Below are positions 1 to 7,195 of a DNA stretch of 37,157 nucleotides, in pieces; the first letter of the stretch is position 1, and each line of letters opens with the position of its first letter. The position numbers and the translations under genes are program-made. The notes beneath the pieces were generated by a model. That model made no database searches. It had not been told where the DNA came from and was given only the letters and a program-made list of their open reading frames with translations. This stretch comes from a virus, in the IMG/VR virus record IMGVR_UViG_3300049003_000038, positions 1-37,157 of that record; one strand, 5' to 3'.

Positions 1-115
1 ATGCCGCCGACTTATTGCGTGCCCTGTGGGAGCGATCGCGATCACGATCGCGGGCACGGGAGCAGGTACGGCAGCTGCGGCTACCGCCCCAGAAGTAGGT
101 GTTCTCTTCGTCGTA
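1..115. repeat. Terminal direct repeat copy 1, identical to 37043..37157. Indicates assembly overlap of a circular or circularly permuted genome; a true terminal redundancy is not excluded.
   Basis: Read base by base: atgccgccgacttattgcgtgccctgtggg...gttctcttcgtcgta occurs at both window ends. Confidence 0.95.
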
Positions 116-865
116 TGCGTGGCCCGCTGGGCAGTGTGTTTTCGACGCCCAGGTATGGGTGCCGTGACGCACCTTGTCGTGCTCATTCTCGGAGGTCGTC
201 CCGTACCGCAGATTGCTCAGTACGTTATTGGCCGGGTCCCCATCAAGATGCCTAACGACAACGCCTGGCTCTTGCGGCCCGACAAACGCCCACATCATCA
301 ACTGGTGGACGGTTAGCTTGGCCGCCGACTTGCCGGCTCGACTAAGTGCGACCGCATAGTGACCGCTAGGGAGCAGCGCCTGTCGGAGGATTCGGCCGGA
401 GTTGGGTGCCTTGGGGCGCCTAATGGAGTAGATCCGGCCCATGTTGGAGACCTCGTGCGTGCCCTCCAATCCTGGGATGGGCCGCCACTCCTCGCCGGGC
501 AAGTCAACCCGCTGAGGCACAGCACGCTGCGGCGGGGGACCTTGGTGGCTGCCGGTAGTTCCGTCTAGGCGGACGTAAGCGACGCGCTTGCAAACGGGGC
601 AGCGGTCGGGATCGTCAATACCCGCGCGCAACGTCCGCTGCCCGCTGCCAGGGCAACGGACGGGCGTCTGGCCGGCTGCCAAATGCATAAAGCAGCGGTC
701 CCCTTCGCGCTTCACGCGCTTGTTGCAGTGCCCCATCCAGCCCAGCTCGGCGTGACTTCGACGCTGTAACGCCTCCTGCCCACCCTTCGGACACGGGGCT
801 CCACAGATTGGCTTGTCGCTAGTCGCCGCGAGCTGCTCCCGCTCCGCATCCCGGCCGGCGCTCAC
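1..865 (-). CDS. HNH homing-endonuclease-like protein, 288 aa, with a Cys-rich N-terminus, a NUMOD4-like segment and an HNH_3-like segment. The gene runs off the left edge; its stop TGA is at 37041..37043, where 37043 equals base 1.
   Basis: I translated all 288 codons by hand (codon low coordinates 2,5,...,863) and found no stop. The GTG start at 863-865 overlaps the stop of gene 862..1278 (GTGA). Motifs: EEWRPIPGLEGTHEVSNMGRIYS, and HQLMMWAFVGP...VRHLDGDPANNVLSNLRYGTTSENEHDK. It is not in the ORF track because its stop lies outside the left edge. Confidence 0.85.
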   Translation of the reverse strand, partial: MSAGRDAEREQLAATSDKPICGAPCPKGGQEALQRRSHAELGWMGHCNKRVKREGDRCFMHLAAGQTPVRCPGSGQRTLRAGIDDPDRCPVCKRVAYVRLDGTTGSHQGPPPQRAVPQRVDLPGEEWRPIPGLEGTHEVSNMGRIYSIRRPKAPNSGRILRQALLPSGHYAVALSRAGKSAAKLTVHQLMMWAFVGPQEPGVVVRHLDGDPANNVLSNLRYGTTSENEHDKVRHGTHTWASKTHCPAGHAYDEENTYFWGGSRSCRTCSRARDRDRDRSHRARNKSAA

Positions 866-1278
866 TGCTGCCCACCGCCGTCCCCGGCCTGCGTGGCGAG
901 GGCGGCGCGGTATCCGGCGGCGAACGCTGCTGAGTACGAACCCGGGGACTTGTCCGTCTTGGCCCACCGGTAGAACGCGGCGATCCACGCTGGCTCGTCC
1001 ACCGCCTCCTCAGCCCCGCCGTCCTGTGCGGATCGGTAGGCGGCGACAGCGGCGACGGCGTACTCACGGACGTACCGGCGGCACTCGGGGCACGAGTCCC
1101 AGTCGTCGTAGGGGCAGTCACCGCAGTACGCGCCCTTGTCGTAGATCGCCCGCGCCACCTCCTCGAGCACCGCGGCCTCCCGAACCTCGAGCGGGGTCGG
1201 GGCGGCGTCGAAGGCAGCCAGCGTGGCGAGCTGGTCCGGTGTGAACCGGGGATCCGTGACGTCGGCGAGGGCGGTCAT
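862..1278 (-). CDS. Hypothetical early protein, 138 aa, with a CxxC...CxxC cluster (YCGDCPYDDWDSCPEC).
   Basis: Only the last 138 codons of track ORF 862..1995 are protein-like. The ATG at 1276-1278 overlaps the upstream stop (ATGA). Confidence 0.75.
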   Translation of the reverse strand: MTALADVTDPRFTPDQLATLAAFDAAPTPLEVREAAVLEEVARAIYDKGAYCGDCPYDDWDSCPECRRYVREYAVAAVAAYRSAQDGGAEEAVDEPAWIAAFYRWAKTDKSPGSYSAAFAAGYRAALATQAGDGGGQQ

Positions 1279-1700
1279 GCCGTCACCGGGTTCTCGGCCA
1301 CGAACTCCGGGTGCTGACCGGCCACGTGCCGCTCGACGTTGGCGAAGCTGCGCTTGCACCCCGGCACCGGGCAGACGCCGTGCGCGGCGCGGTTCTTCAC
1401 CCGGGTCGCCACGCCCTTGTAGGCGCGGGCGGACCGGTCGGCCGACTCCCGACGCTCCCGCTCGGACCGAGCAACCGACCGTGCCGCGTCGAGCTGCTCG
1501 CGGAGCCGGTCCTCCTCGGTGCGTTTCGGCTTCGGGTAGTAGTTGGAGTGCCCGTTCGGGCAGTAGAAGCCGCGCTGGTCCTGCCTGCGGGCGTCCTGGA
1601 ACGCCTTGCCGATGCCGAACGAGCATCCGCAGTTCGCGCAGGTGATCGCGACCAGGCGGTACTCGACGGTGATGTCGTTGGCGAAGCTGGTGGTGCTCAT
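1275..1700 (-). CDS. Zinc-ribbon protein, 141 aa.
   Basis: MSTTSFANDITVEYRLVAITCANCGC...CPNGH...CPVPGC. The ATG at 1698-1700 overlaps the upstream stop (ATGA). Confidence 0.8.
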   Translation of the reverse strand: MSTTSFANDITVEYRLVAITCANCGCSFGIGKAFQDARRQDQRGFYCPNGHSNYYPKPKRTEEDRLREQLDAARSVARSERERRESADRSARAYKGVATRVKNRAAHGVCPVPGCKRSFANVERHVAGQHPEFVAENPVTA

Positions 1701-2143
1701 GCGATGGCCTCCAGGTCGAGGTAGAGCTGGCCGGGGAACGCCCGGCGGCGCCCCGCACCAGCGGGGGATTCGAGGACGTGCACCACAGCCAGCACACCGC
1801 CGGCTGTGACATGCCAGGACCGGCGCCGCCGCCACTCCGCCACGTACCGGGTGTTCGCGTGCTCGCAGTCCGGGCAGCGGCACCCGGCCGTGTAGGTGCC
1901 GCGCTTGCCGTGCACCGGTCCCATGCCGACCCGGCGCCGCTCCGCACCCGTGAGCCCGCCGAGGACCCCGAACTCCTCGCCGCGGGCCAGCGCATCAGCC
2001 AGGCAGGTGGCCCGCACCGGGCAGCCGCCGCACACCTGCTTGGCGTGCGCGACCCCGGCCGGGTCGTCGTCGAACCACAGATCCGGCAGCGGGTGGCTGG
2101 CGCACGACCCGGACAGCCGCCACGCCTCCAGGTGCCGGGTCAC
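1697..2143 (-). CDS. whiB: WhiB-like (Wbl) Fe-S transcription factor number 1, 148 aa, with a C-terminal HG..G.Y..GCRCxxC extension.
   Basis: C-x23-C-x2-C-x5-C (CASHPL...CGGCPVRATC) followed by a GVLGGL turn. The GTG at 2141-2143 overlaps the upstream stop (GTGA). Confidence 0.85.
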   Translation of the reverse strand: MTRHLEAWRLSGSCASHPLPDLWFDDDPAGVAHAKQVCGGCPVRATCLADALARGEEFGVLGGLTGAERRRVGMGPVHGKRGTYTAGCRCPDCEHANTRYVAEWRRRRSWHVTAGGVLAVVHVLESPAGAGRRRAFPGQLYLDLEAIA

Positions 2144-2673
2144 GGCGACGTCTCCCGGGCGGCCTTCGCCTCGCGGGCCCGCTGCTGGCTGGCGAGCAGC
2201 CGCGTGCGGGTGCAGTTCTCCCCGAACGCCAGGTCGCCGCGGTGCTGGCCGTAGAAGTGGCCGGGGATGTCGGGGTCGTAGCCGTGCTCCCGGGACATCG
2301 AGCAGGCGTTGTCCTCGACCTTCCCGCACGCCGGGCACACCCAGCCCTGCACGACCGTCCCGGCCGGGCCGTAGCCGGTGTCGTAGGGCCGGGACCACGG
2401 GGCCCGCTCGAACCGGGCCGCCCACTCCGCGCGCGGGTCGACGGCGGGCTGCTCGAGCTCGGCGAACAGGTCCAGCTGCACGGCCGGCTGGCACCGGTGC
2501 TCGGCGACCTCGATCGAGTGCTGCATCGCCTGGGACTCCTCGAGGTGCTCGGCGAGCCAGCCGCAGGACCAGCAGCGGGACCAGATCCAGGTGCGCTGGT
2601 CCTTCGGTTTCGACGGTGGGTTGGGCCCGATGTGGGTGCGGACGTTCGGGCCGGTGGGTGCGAGCTCGGTCAT
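2140..2673 (-). CDS. Hypothetical Cys-rich protein, 177 aa.
   Basis: MTELAPTGPN... with an ATG at 2671-2673 overlapping the upstream stop (ATGA). The sequence before it in track ORF 2140..2754 is Arg/Ala junk. Confidence 0.75.
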   Translation of the reverse strand: MTELAPTGPNVRTHIGPNPPSKPKDQRTWIWSRCWSCGWLAEHLEESQAMQHSIEVAEHRCQPAVQLDLFAELEQPAVDPRAEWAARFERAPWSRPYDTGYGPAGTVVQGWVCPACGKVEDNACSMSREHGYDPDIPGHFYGQHRGDLAFGENCTRTRLLASQQRAREAKAARETSP

Positions 2674-3152
2674 GCCGCGCGCCCGTCGGCGTGGAACAGC
2701 AGCACATACCCGGTGGCCCGCAGCAGCACGATCGACCCGCCGCGCACCGTGCACGCCCGCGTCGTCGGATCAGCGCCGGAGGACAGCAGCCAGCCCTGCT
2801 CGAGCGCGGCCCGCCGGTTGACCTCGATCCAGCCGTGGCATCCGCGGGTCCCGTTGCCACAGACGGCCAGCAGGTTCGCCGGGTCGTGGATGTCTACGGC
2901 GCGGGTGCCGCCCATGCGCCGGGGTCGGCGGTGGTGGATGGAGCGGCCGGTGACGGCGTCGAACCGGCCGCCGCGGGCTCGGCAGTCGTCGGTGACGTTG
3001 ACCTCGCAGCGGCCCCCGCAGCGCAGGTAGACGGCTTCGCGCACCCACTGGGGCATGTCGGGGGACTTCGACGGCTTGGCGGGCGTCTGGCGGGGCCCGG
3101 GGGGCTTCCGCTGCAGGGGCGTCCCGCGCTTGAGCGGCTTGCGCCTCTTCAC
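2670..3152 (-). CDS. HNH endonuclease, 160 aa.
   Basis: IHHRRPRRMGG...NLLAVCGNGTRGCHGWIE gives an H-N-H signature. The GTG at 3150-3152 overlaps the upstream stop (GTGA). Confidence 0.8.
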   Translation of the reverse strand: MKRRKPLKRGTPLQRKPPGPRQTPAKPSKSPDMPQWVREAVYLRCGGRCEVNVTDDCRARGGRFDAVTGRSIHHRRPRRMGGTRAVDIHDPANLLAVCGNGTRGCHGWIEVNRRAALEQGWLLSSGADPTTRACTVRGGSIVLLRATGYVLLFHADGRAA

Positions 3153-3424
3153 GACTCGCCCCTGCCGAGTTCCGGGCGACTGCCGCGCTTCTGCTCGAGC
3201 ACCTGCCGCGCCTCGGCCAGGTGCTCGCGCGCCACGTCCGACTTCGCGACCCGGCGGGGCGGTGCCTTGTCGACCAGCGCCGGCCACGGCCGCCACCCGG
3301 CACGGACCAAGTCCTCGACGAGGCGCTTCGCCGATTCCTGCGGCTCGGGAATGGCGAGCTGCTCGAACCGTTCCGCGATCCGCATTTCCGTCGCGGCGAC
3401 CATCGCCACCTGCTGCGGGGTCAC
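3149..3424 (-). CDS. Hypothetical protein, 91 aa.
   Basis: Track ORF. The GTG at 3422-3424 overlaps the upstream stop (GTGA), and the composition is balanced. Confidence 0.7.
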   Translation of the reverse strand: MTPQQVAMVAATEMRIAERFEQLAIPEPQESAKRLVEDLVRAGWRPWPALVDKAPPRRVAKSDVAREHLAEARQVLEQKRGSRPELGRGES

Positions 3425-4005
3425 AATGCTCTCCTGTCAAATGGGACGACGATTCGCTTTTCGCTGTCTCGCGCGGAAGGTGAGTTAGTTACGTAACTGG
3501 AATTCTCACGTTGGTAGTTGGTTTGGTAGGTGGTTGGTAAGTGGGTTGGTGGGGTGCACCTGGTGCCGGTTGGGATGTCGTCAGGTGCCGGTTGGGCGGC
3601 ACCTCCTGCCGGTTGGGCGGCACCAGGTGCCGGTTGGGAACCGAGCCCAGGCGGCACCTGGTGCCGGTTGGGCGACGGGTTCTCGTCCAGGTCGACCATT
3701 TCCGTCTGCTGCTGCGCATCCATAGGAATGGCCAAGCGGTACACATCCGTGAATGCCTGATTCCCCCGATGTCCACCCTTTTCGACGCGCTCGATCCAGC
3801 CCCGCTCACGCAGCTTCTTCAGCGCGCCGCGCACCGACCGCTCGGACAGCTCGGTGACCAGGGCCAGCCGGGTCGCACCCGGGTAGACACGAGTCCCGTC
3901 ACGGTCGGCGTACTGGGCCAGGTGGGCGGCGACAGACTTGGCCGGCGCCCCGAGCCGGACCCGCCTCACGAGGCGCTCCCACTCGTACCGGTCGGCGCCA
4001 CTCAC
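3421..4005 (-). CDS. Winged-helix DNA-binding protein, 194 aa; putative replication initiator with the origin inside its 3' third, as in lambda O.
   Basis: VAAHLAQYADRDGTRVYPGATRLALVTELSERSVRGALKKLRERGWIERV looks like a wHTH. The GTG at 4003-4005 overlaps the upstream stop (GTGA). The C-terminal third is encoded by the iterons (QPAPG/QPAGG/QPAPD). Confidence 0.7.
   Translation of the reverse strand: MSGADRYEWERLVRRVRLGAPAKSVAAHLAQYADRDGTRVYPGATRLALVTELSERSVRGALKKLRERGWIERVEKGGHRGNQAFTDVYRLAIPMDAQQQTEMVDLDENPSPNRHQVPPGLGSQPAPGAAQPAGGAAQPAPDDIPTGTRCTPPTHLPTTYQTNYQRENSSYVTNSPSARDSEKRIVVPFDRRAL
3481..3680. promoter_or_regulatory. Putative origin of replication: a lower-GC, T/G-skewed tract (3481-3555) followed by five iterons.
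   Basis: The tract ttggtagttggtttggtaggtggttggtaagtgggttggtgggg is followed by the iteron array. A 10-bp palindrome gttacgtaac lies at 3488-3497. Confidence 0.6.
3562..3672 (+). repeat. Iteron array: five copies of GGTGCCGGTTGGG (one is CCTGCCGGTTGGG), most preceded by GGCACC, which forms the palindrome GGCACC-N-GGTGCC.
   Basis: Copies lie at 3562-3574, 3584-3596, 3605-3617, 3626-3638 and 3660-3672. Spacings are 22, 21, 21 and 34 bp, about two helical turns. Confidence 0.85.
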
Positions 4006-4367
4006 GCCACCGCCCGCGCGGGCCGGGTGTGCACCCGGTGCGCGATCAGGCAGGACTGGCAGGCGGGCAGGTCGCGGCGGTGACGGTGCTGCTGGTAGCC
4101 GCGCTCGGTGCCGTGCTCGCGGGGCAGGGCCACCCCGACGGGCGGCTTGTCGCGGGACTGCACCGGCCCGCCCGTCCAGGCGAGCAGCTCGTGCGCGGTC
4201 CGGTCCGGGTCCACCATCGCGGCGAGGACGACGGCGAGCGCATCGTGCCGGCCACCCGGTACCCGGGACAGGACCGCCAGGACGTCGTCCGGCCCGTAGT
4301 CCCGGACCGTGCCGACCAGCTCGGCGGCGATCGGCACCAGGTCCTCGGCCAGCCGCTCCGGGGTCAC
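4002..4367 (-). CDS. Hypothetical protein, 121 aa, ending in an HGTxxGY...CxxC module.
   Basis: VTPERLAEDLVPIAAELVG...REHGTERGYQQHRHRRDLPACQSC. The GTG at 4365-4367 overlaps the upstream stop (GTGA). Confidence 0.75.
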   Translation of the reverse strand: MTPERLAEDLVPIAAELVGTVRDYGPDDVLAVLSRVPGGRHDALAVVLAAMVDPDRTAHELLAWTGGPVQSRDKPPVGVALPREHGTERGYQQHRHRRDLPACQSCLIAHRVHTRPARAVA

Positions 4368-4717
4368 GCCGCACCTGCCGCGGTCCGGCGCTCGTAACGC
4401 TTGCGCTCGAACTCGGCCAGCTCGCCCCAGGCCACGTAGCCGTCGCCTTCGCAGCGGGTGCACTCACGCCCGCAGGAGTCGCACTCGCCAGTCGTCCAGC
4501 AGTCGGGGCACTCGACCTTCGTCTCGGCCGCGGACTCATCCGTGGCCCGGTCGACGGTGAGCTCCCACGGATGCAGGGAGTCCACGGTCAGCAGCGCCCC
4601 CCACGCCTCCCGCTCACTGGCCAGTGTCGGGGCGACCGGCCACTCGCCGGTGTGCCGGTCGTAGACACCCCAGCGGGGGAGGGCAGCCGCGTCGGCCTGG
4701 GCCTCGGGGGCGGTCAC
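4364..4717 (-). CDS. Small protein, 117 aa, with a DnaJ-CR-like zinc-finger cluster.
   Basis: ECPDCWTTGECDSCGRECTRCEGDG. The GTG at 4715-4717 overlaps the upstream stop (GTGA). Confidence 0.75.
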   Translation of the reverse strand: MTAPEAQADAAALPRWGVYDRHTGEWPVAPTLASEREAWGALLTVDSLHPWELTVDRATDESAAETKVECPDCWTTGECDSCGRECTRCEGDGYVAWGELAEFERKRYERRTAAGAA

Positions 4718-5193
4718 GCCGCACCCCGCTCGGCCTCGCGTCGACGGCCAGCAGCGAGAGCGCCGCCCCGGCAGGGGACGCAGGCTTGCTCACCGCGCCG
4801 CCGGTGCGCCTTGTAGCCGCTCTCGGTGCCGTGATTGATAGGTGCCACCGACCCCTTGGGGTGGCCGACCGTGGCCTGACGGATCCGCCGGCGCTCGCGC
4901 TCCGAAAGGCCGCCCCAGATGCCGTACCGCTCCTCGGTGGTGAGCGCGAAGTCCAGGCACTGCTGCCGGACCTCACACAGGCCGCACAGCCGCTTCGCGT
5001 CCCGGGAGGACGCGCCCTTGGGCGGGTAGAAGATGTCGCCGGTGTCGACCTGCGCGCAGAGCGCGTCGTCGCGCCACGAGGCGCGCCGGTCGTCGTCGAG
5101 CCCGAGCAGGGCGACCAGATCGTTGGTGTAGTCGTTCGATGACGGTGTGTACTGGGTGGTGGGCGTGGTTCGGCCCTGCCCCGTTCGCTGCAC
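4714..5193 (-). CDS. whiB: WhiB-like (Wbl) transcription factor number 2, 159 aa, with a C-terminal HGTESGY...CVPC module.
   Basis: CAQVDTGDIFYPPKGASSRDAKRLCGLCEVRQQC followed by GIWGGL. GTG start at 5191-5193 with an AAGGGGG Shine-Dalgarno about 6 nt upstream. Confidence 0.85.
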   Translation of the reverse strand: MQRTGQGRTTPTTQYTPSSNDYTNDLVALLGLDDDRRASWRDDALCAQVDTGDIFYPPKGASSRDAKRLCGLCEVRQQCLDFALTTEERYGIWGGLSERERRRIRQATVGHPKGSVAPINHGTESGYKAHRRRGEQACVPCRGGALAAGRRREAERGAA

Positions 5194-5242
5194 GGTGTTC
5201 CCCCTTGGGTGAGCAGCTACTTCGGATGACTGGTGGGATGCG

Positions 5243-5272
5243 CCGGGGGCCCCGGTCAGGCGGGGCCCCCGG
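5243..5272 (-). terminator. Perfect 12-bp GC hairpin 6 nt downstream of gene 5279..5833; a factor-independent terminator candidate with no U tract.
   Basis: Arms ccgggggccccg and cggggcccccgg with loop gtcagg. Confidence 0.5.
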
Positions 5273-5278
5273 CTGTTC

Positions 5279-5833
5279 TCAGGACGCGGCGGGCATCAGC
5301 CGCAGACGACGGGCCGCGAGCGCCTCCGACACCAGGCCGTCGGCCTCCGCGGTGGGCTTCACCGTCAACGTGGGCGAGCCGGTGCGGACGGCGATGCCGT
5401 CCACCTCGAGCAGCTCCGACGTGCCCGGGTCGATCCAGCCGCCGTCGGCCTTCACCGACGCCAGCAGCGCGGTGACGAACGCCGGCCGCACCGAGCGGGT
5501 GGTGACGACCTCGCCGGGGCAGTGCGCCTCCACCCACGCCAGCAGCGCGTCGGAGTCGGTGACGGTCGCGGACTCGCGGGCCTTCGTGAGCTGCACGAAC
5601 CCGAGCAGCGTCTCCTTGTCGGCCGGGTCCAGCAGCCCGGAGTACCGCTCGCCGACGACGAGCTCGGCGCACATCTCGTCTCGGAGCTTCCGGTCCTCGA
5701 CGGCGATCCAGTCCTTAAGCACCCGGAGGGCGAGGAGCCGGGTTGCCCGGTCGTGGGCGGACACGGCCTCGGGCTCTTCCACCGGCTCCGGGGCGTAGTC
5801 CGCCGGGAACGACAGCTGCGGCGCGGCGGTCAT
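5279..5833 (-). CDS. Hypothetical early protein, 184 aa.
   Basis: Track ORF. The ATG at 5831-5833 overlaps the upstream stop (ATGA), and the composition is protein-like. Confidence 0.8.
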   Translation of the reverse strand: MTAAPQLSFPADYAPEPVEEPEAVSAHDRATRLLALRVLKDWIAVEDRKLRDEMCAELVVGERYSGLLDPADKETLLGFVQLTKARESATVTDSDALLAWVEAHCPGEVVTTRSVRPAFVTALLASVKADGGWIDPGTSELLEVDGIAVRTGSPTLTVKPTAEADGLVSEALAARRLRLMPAAS

Positions 5834-6324
5834 GCCGACACCTCGACGGCGTCCGCAGTCTCAGCGGCGGCCAGAAGGGGAGCGCAGCGCCACTCGACGT
5901 GCTCGACGGTGCGGGTGATCGTCTGCTCGGGGCGGAGGTCGGCCTCGGTGACGGCGGGGACGACCTCGGTGACCTCTTCGCAGCCGACGACGACGCGCTC
6001 GCAGACGGCGTCTCGGGTGACCCACACGTCGACCGGCAGGCCGCCGCACATCCCGCGCAGGATCAGAGACCCACCGGACGCCTGGACGTCCTTCGCATAC
6101 TTGCCGCCTCCGAGGGCGCGCATCAGGTCCCGGGCGGCGGCGGGTTCGTCGTCCACCGGAAGCCCGGACATGGTGAGAAAGAGGGACACCTCGGGGTTGA
6201 TCGGGATGGGTGCCTGCTCGGACTCGATGAGGTCGGCGAGGTGCCGGTAGCCGGCGGCGATCGCAGCGCGGTCGGTCGGGTAGTCGGTGCGGGGCAGAGG
6301 GCGGGGAGTCGTGGTGGTGGTCAT
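5830..6324 (-). CDS. Hypothetical early protein, 164 aa.
   Basis: MTTTTTPRPLPRTDYPTDRAAIAAGYRHLADL... The ATG at 6322-6324 overlaps the upstream stop (ATGA). Confidence 0.75.
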   Translation of the reverse strand: MTTTTTPRPLPRTDYPTDRAAIAAGYRHLADLIESEQAPIPINPEVSLFLTMSGLPVDDEPAAARDLMRALGGGKYAKDVQASGGSLILRGMCGGLPVDVWVTRDAVCERVVVGCEEVTEVVPAVTEADLRPEQTITRTVEHVEWRCAPLLAAAETADAVEVSA

Positions 6325-6908
6325 GCTGCGTCTCCTGTCGGAAGGGCGGGCTGGGCGGCGAGGTTGGCGCGGCGGGCGGTGACGACCTGCTTGAGCGCGT
6401 CGAGCTGCTGATCGGTGAGGTGGCCGGCGGCGTGCGTGTTTCGGGCGCGGTAGGCCACCGAGTTGAGTGCGTCGTTCGAGGGCGCCATCTCCGCGTCCGT
6501 GCGCAGCTCGTCGTAGGTGGGCGGTGGGCCAACCTGCTGGGGCGGTGCTTCCCGCCGCTCCTGGGCGTTGCGGACCTCCTCCGCCGAGGCCACCCCGCGC
6601 CTCGTGTCGGCGGCGAGCACGGCGACGATCGCCCGCCCCCACGCGGCGGTCTCCGCGTTCTGCACCTCGGAGTCCCGCGTGTACGGGGTGCGGCCGGGGA
6701 TCGGCTCCCAGGCGGTGCCGTGACCAGGACGCATGTCGTCTGGGGTGCGGTACGCAGCGGCGGTGTAGATGACCCACCAGCCGCCGTTGACCTCCCGGAA
6801 GTCCAGCGAGTGCTGCTGCAGCGACCCGTCCGGGTACTTGCCGCGGAACTCGCCGATTCGGGCGGCGACGTCCACGTAGTCGTCGAGCGCGAACTGCTGC
6901 CGGCTCAT
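6321..6908 (-). CDS. Hypothetical early protein, 195 aa; possibly an ssDNA-binding or annealing (recombination) protein, at low functional confidence.
   Basis: MSRQQFALDDYVDVAARIGEFRGKYPDG...EVQNAETAAWGRAIVAVL. The ATG at 6906-6908 overlaps the upstream stop (ATGA). The function guess rests on position and a remembered AET..GRA motif only. Confidence 0.7.
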   Translation of the reverse strand: MSRQQFALDDYVDVAARIGEFRGKYPDGSLQQHSLDFREVNGGWWVIYTAAAYRTPDDMRPGHGTAWEPIPGRTPYTRDSEVQNAETAAWGRAIVAVLAADTRRGVASAEEVRNAQERREAPPQQVGPPPTYDELRTDAEMAPSNDALNSVAYRARNTHAAGHLTDQQLDALKQVVTARRANLAAQPALPTGDAA

Positions 6909-7195
6909 CGGATGCCTCCGGTCACGGGGGTGAGGGACTGCAGGTAGGCGAGGGCGACGCACGCGAGTCCGGCGATGAGCAGGCCGAGCAACCAGCCGTA
7001 CGAGCGGGCGCGACGCACGTGGCCGGCGAACGGGGAGCAGGCGACCCGGCGGGCCAGGCGGCGCAGGCGGGCGCGCGGCGTGTAGTAGCGGGTCACCCCG
7101 CCGGGGCACACCATGCGGGCCATGAGCAGCTCGAACCGGTCCCGCTCCGCCCAGGACAGGGGGATCGACGGCCGCTCGTGCAGGGGGGCGGTCAC
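6905..7195 (-). CDS. Small membrane protein, 96 aa, with a C-terminal TM helix.
   Basis: The GTG at 7193-7195 overlaps the upstream stop (GTGA). Hydrophobic helix: SYGWLLGLLIAGLACVALAYL. Confidence 0.65.
   Translation of the reverse strand: MTAPLHERPSIPLSWAERDRFELLMARMVCPGGVTRYYTPRARLRRLARRVACSPFAGHVRRARSYGWLLGLLIAGLACVALAYLQSLTPVTGGIR

Noticed and set aside
32-52. The inverted repeat CGCGATC-ac-GATCGCG, rich in GATC/CGATCG, as a cos or pac site at the assembly junction.
   Set aside because: It lies inside the HNH coding frame, where it simply encodes RDRDRDR. There is no independent evidence of a terminus, and this cannot be decided without read-end data.
1-359. Plus-strand track ORFs 1..255, 26..316 and 174..359, and minus-strand ORF 313..525.
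   Set aside because: They overlap the uninterrupted 288-codon minus-strand HNH frame, which has clear NUMOD4/HNH_3-like motifs. Their own translations are low-complexity.
862-1995. The 377-aa longest-ORF version of gene 862..1278. The same issue affects 1697..2860, 2670..3440, 3421..4539, 16259..18262, 33824..34507, 34158..34982, 35032..35547 and 36587..37099.
   Set aside because: Only the C-terminal parts look like proteins. The N-terminal extensions are Arg/Gly/Pro junk that overlap the real upstream genes in another frame. Internal GTG or ATG starts sit exactly on the upstream stop codons.
1896-3488. A 530-aa plus-strand ORF. Similar very long ORFs lie at 27043..28941, 28056..29924, 19479..21167, 31833..33251, 23971..25488, 16361..17422 and 9377..10708.
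   Set aside because: These are antisense or off-frame shadows, which are typical of about 70 percent GC DNA. They are extremely Arg/Pro/Gly/Ala-rich, have no start context, and each lies opposite or over a gene with clear motifs such as WhiB, HNH, MuF, portal, TMP, terL, capsid and int.
3557-3672. The regularly spaced direct repeats as a possible CRISPR array.
   Set aside because: The repeats are only about 13-19 bp with 21-22-bp periodicity, so there are essentially no spacers. There is no leader and no cas genes, and the array lies inside a DNA-binding protein gene. An iteron origin is the better explanation.
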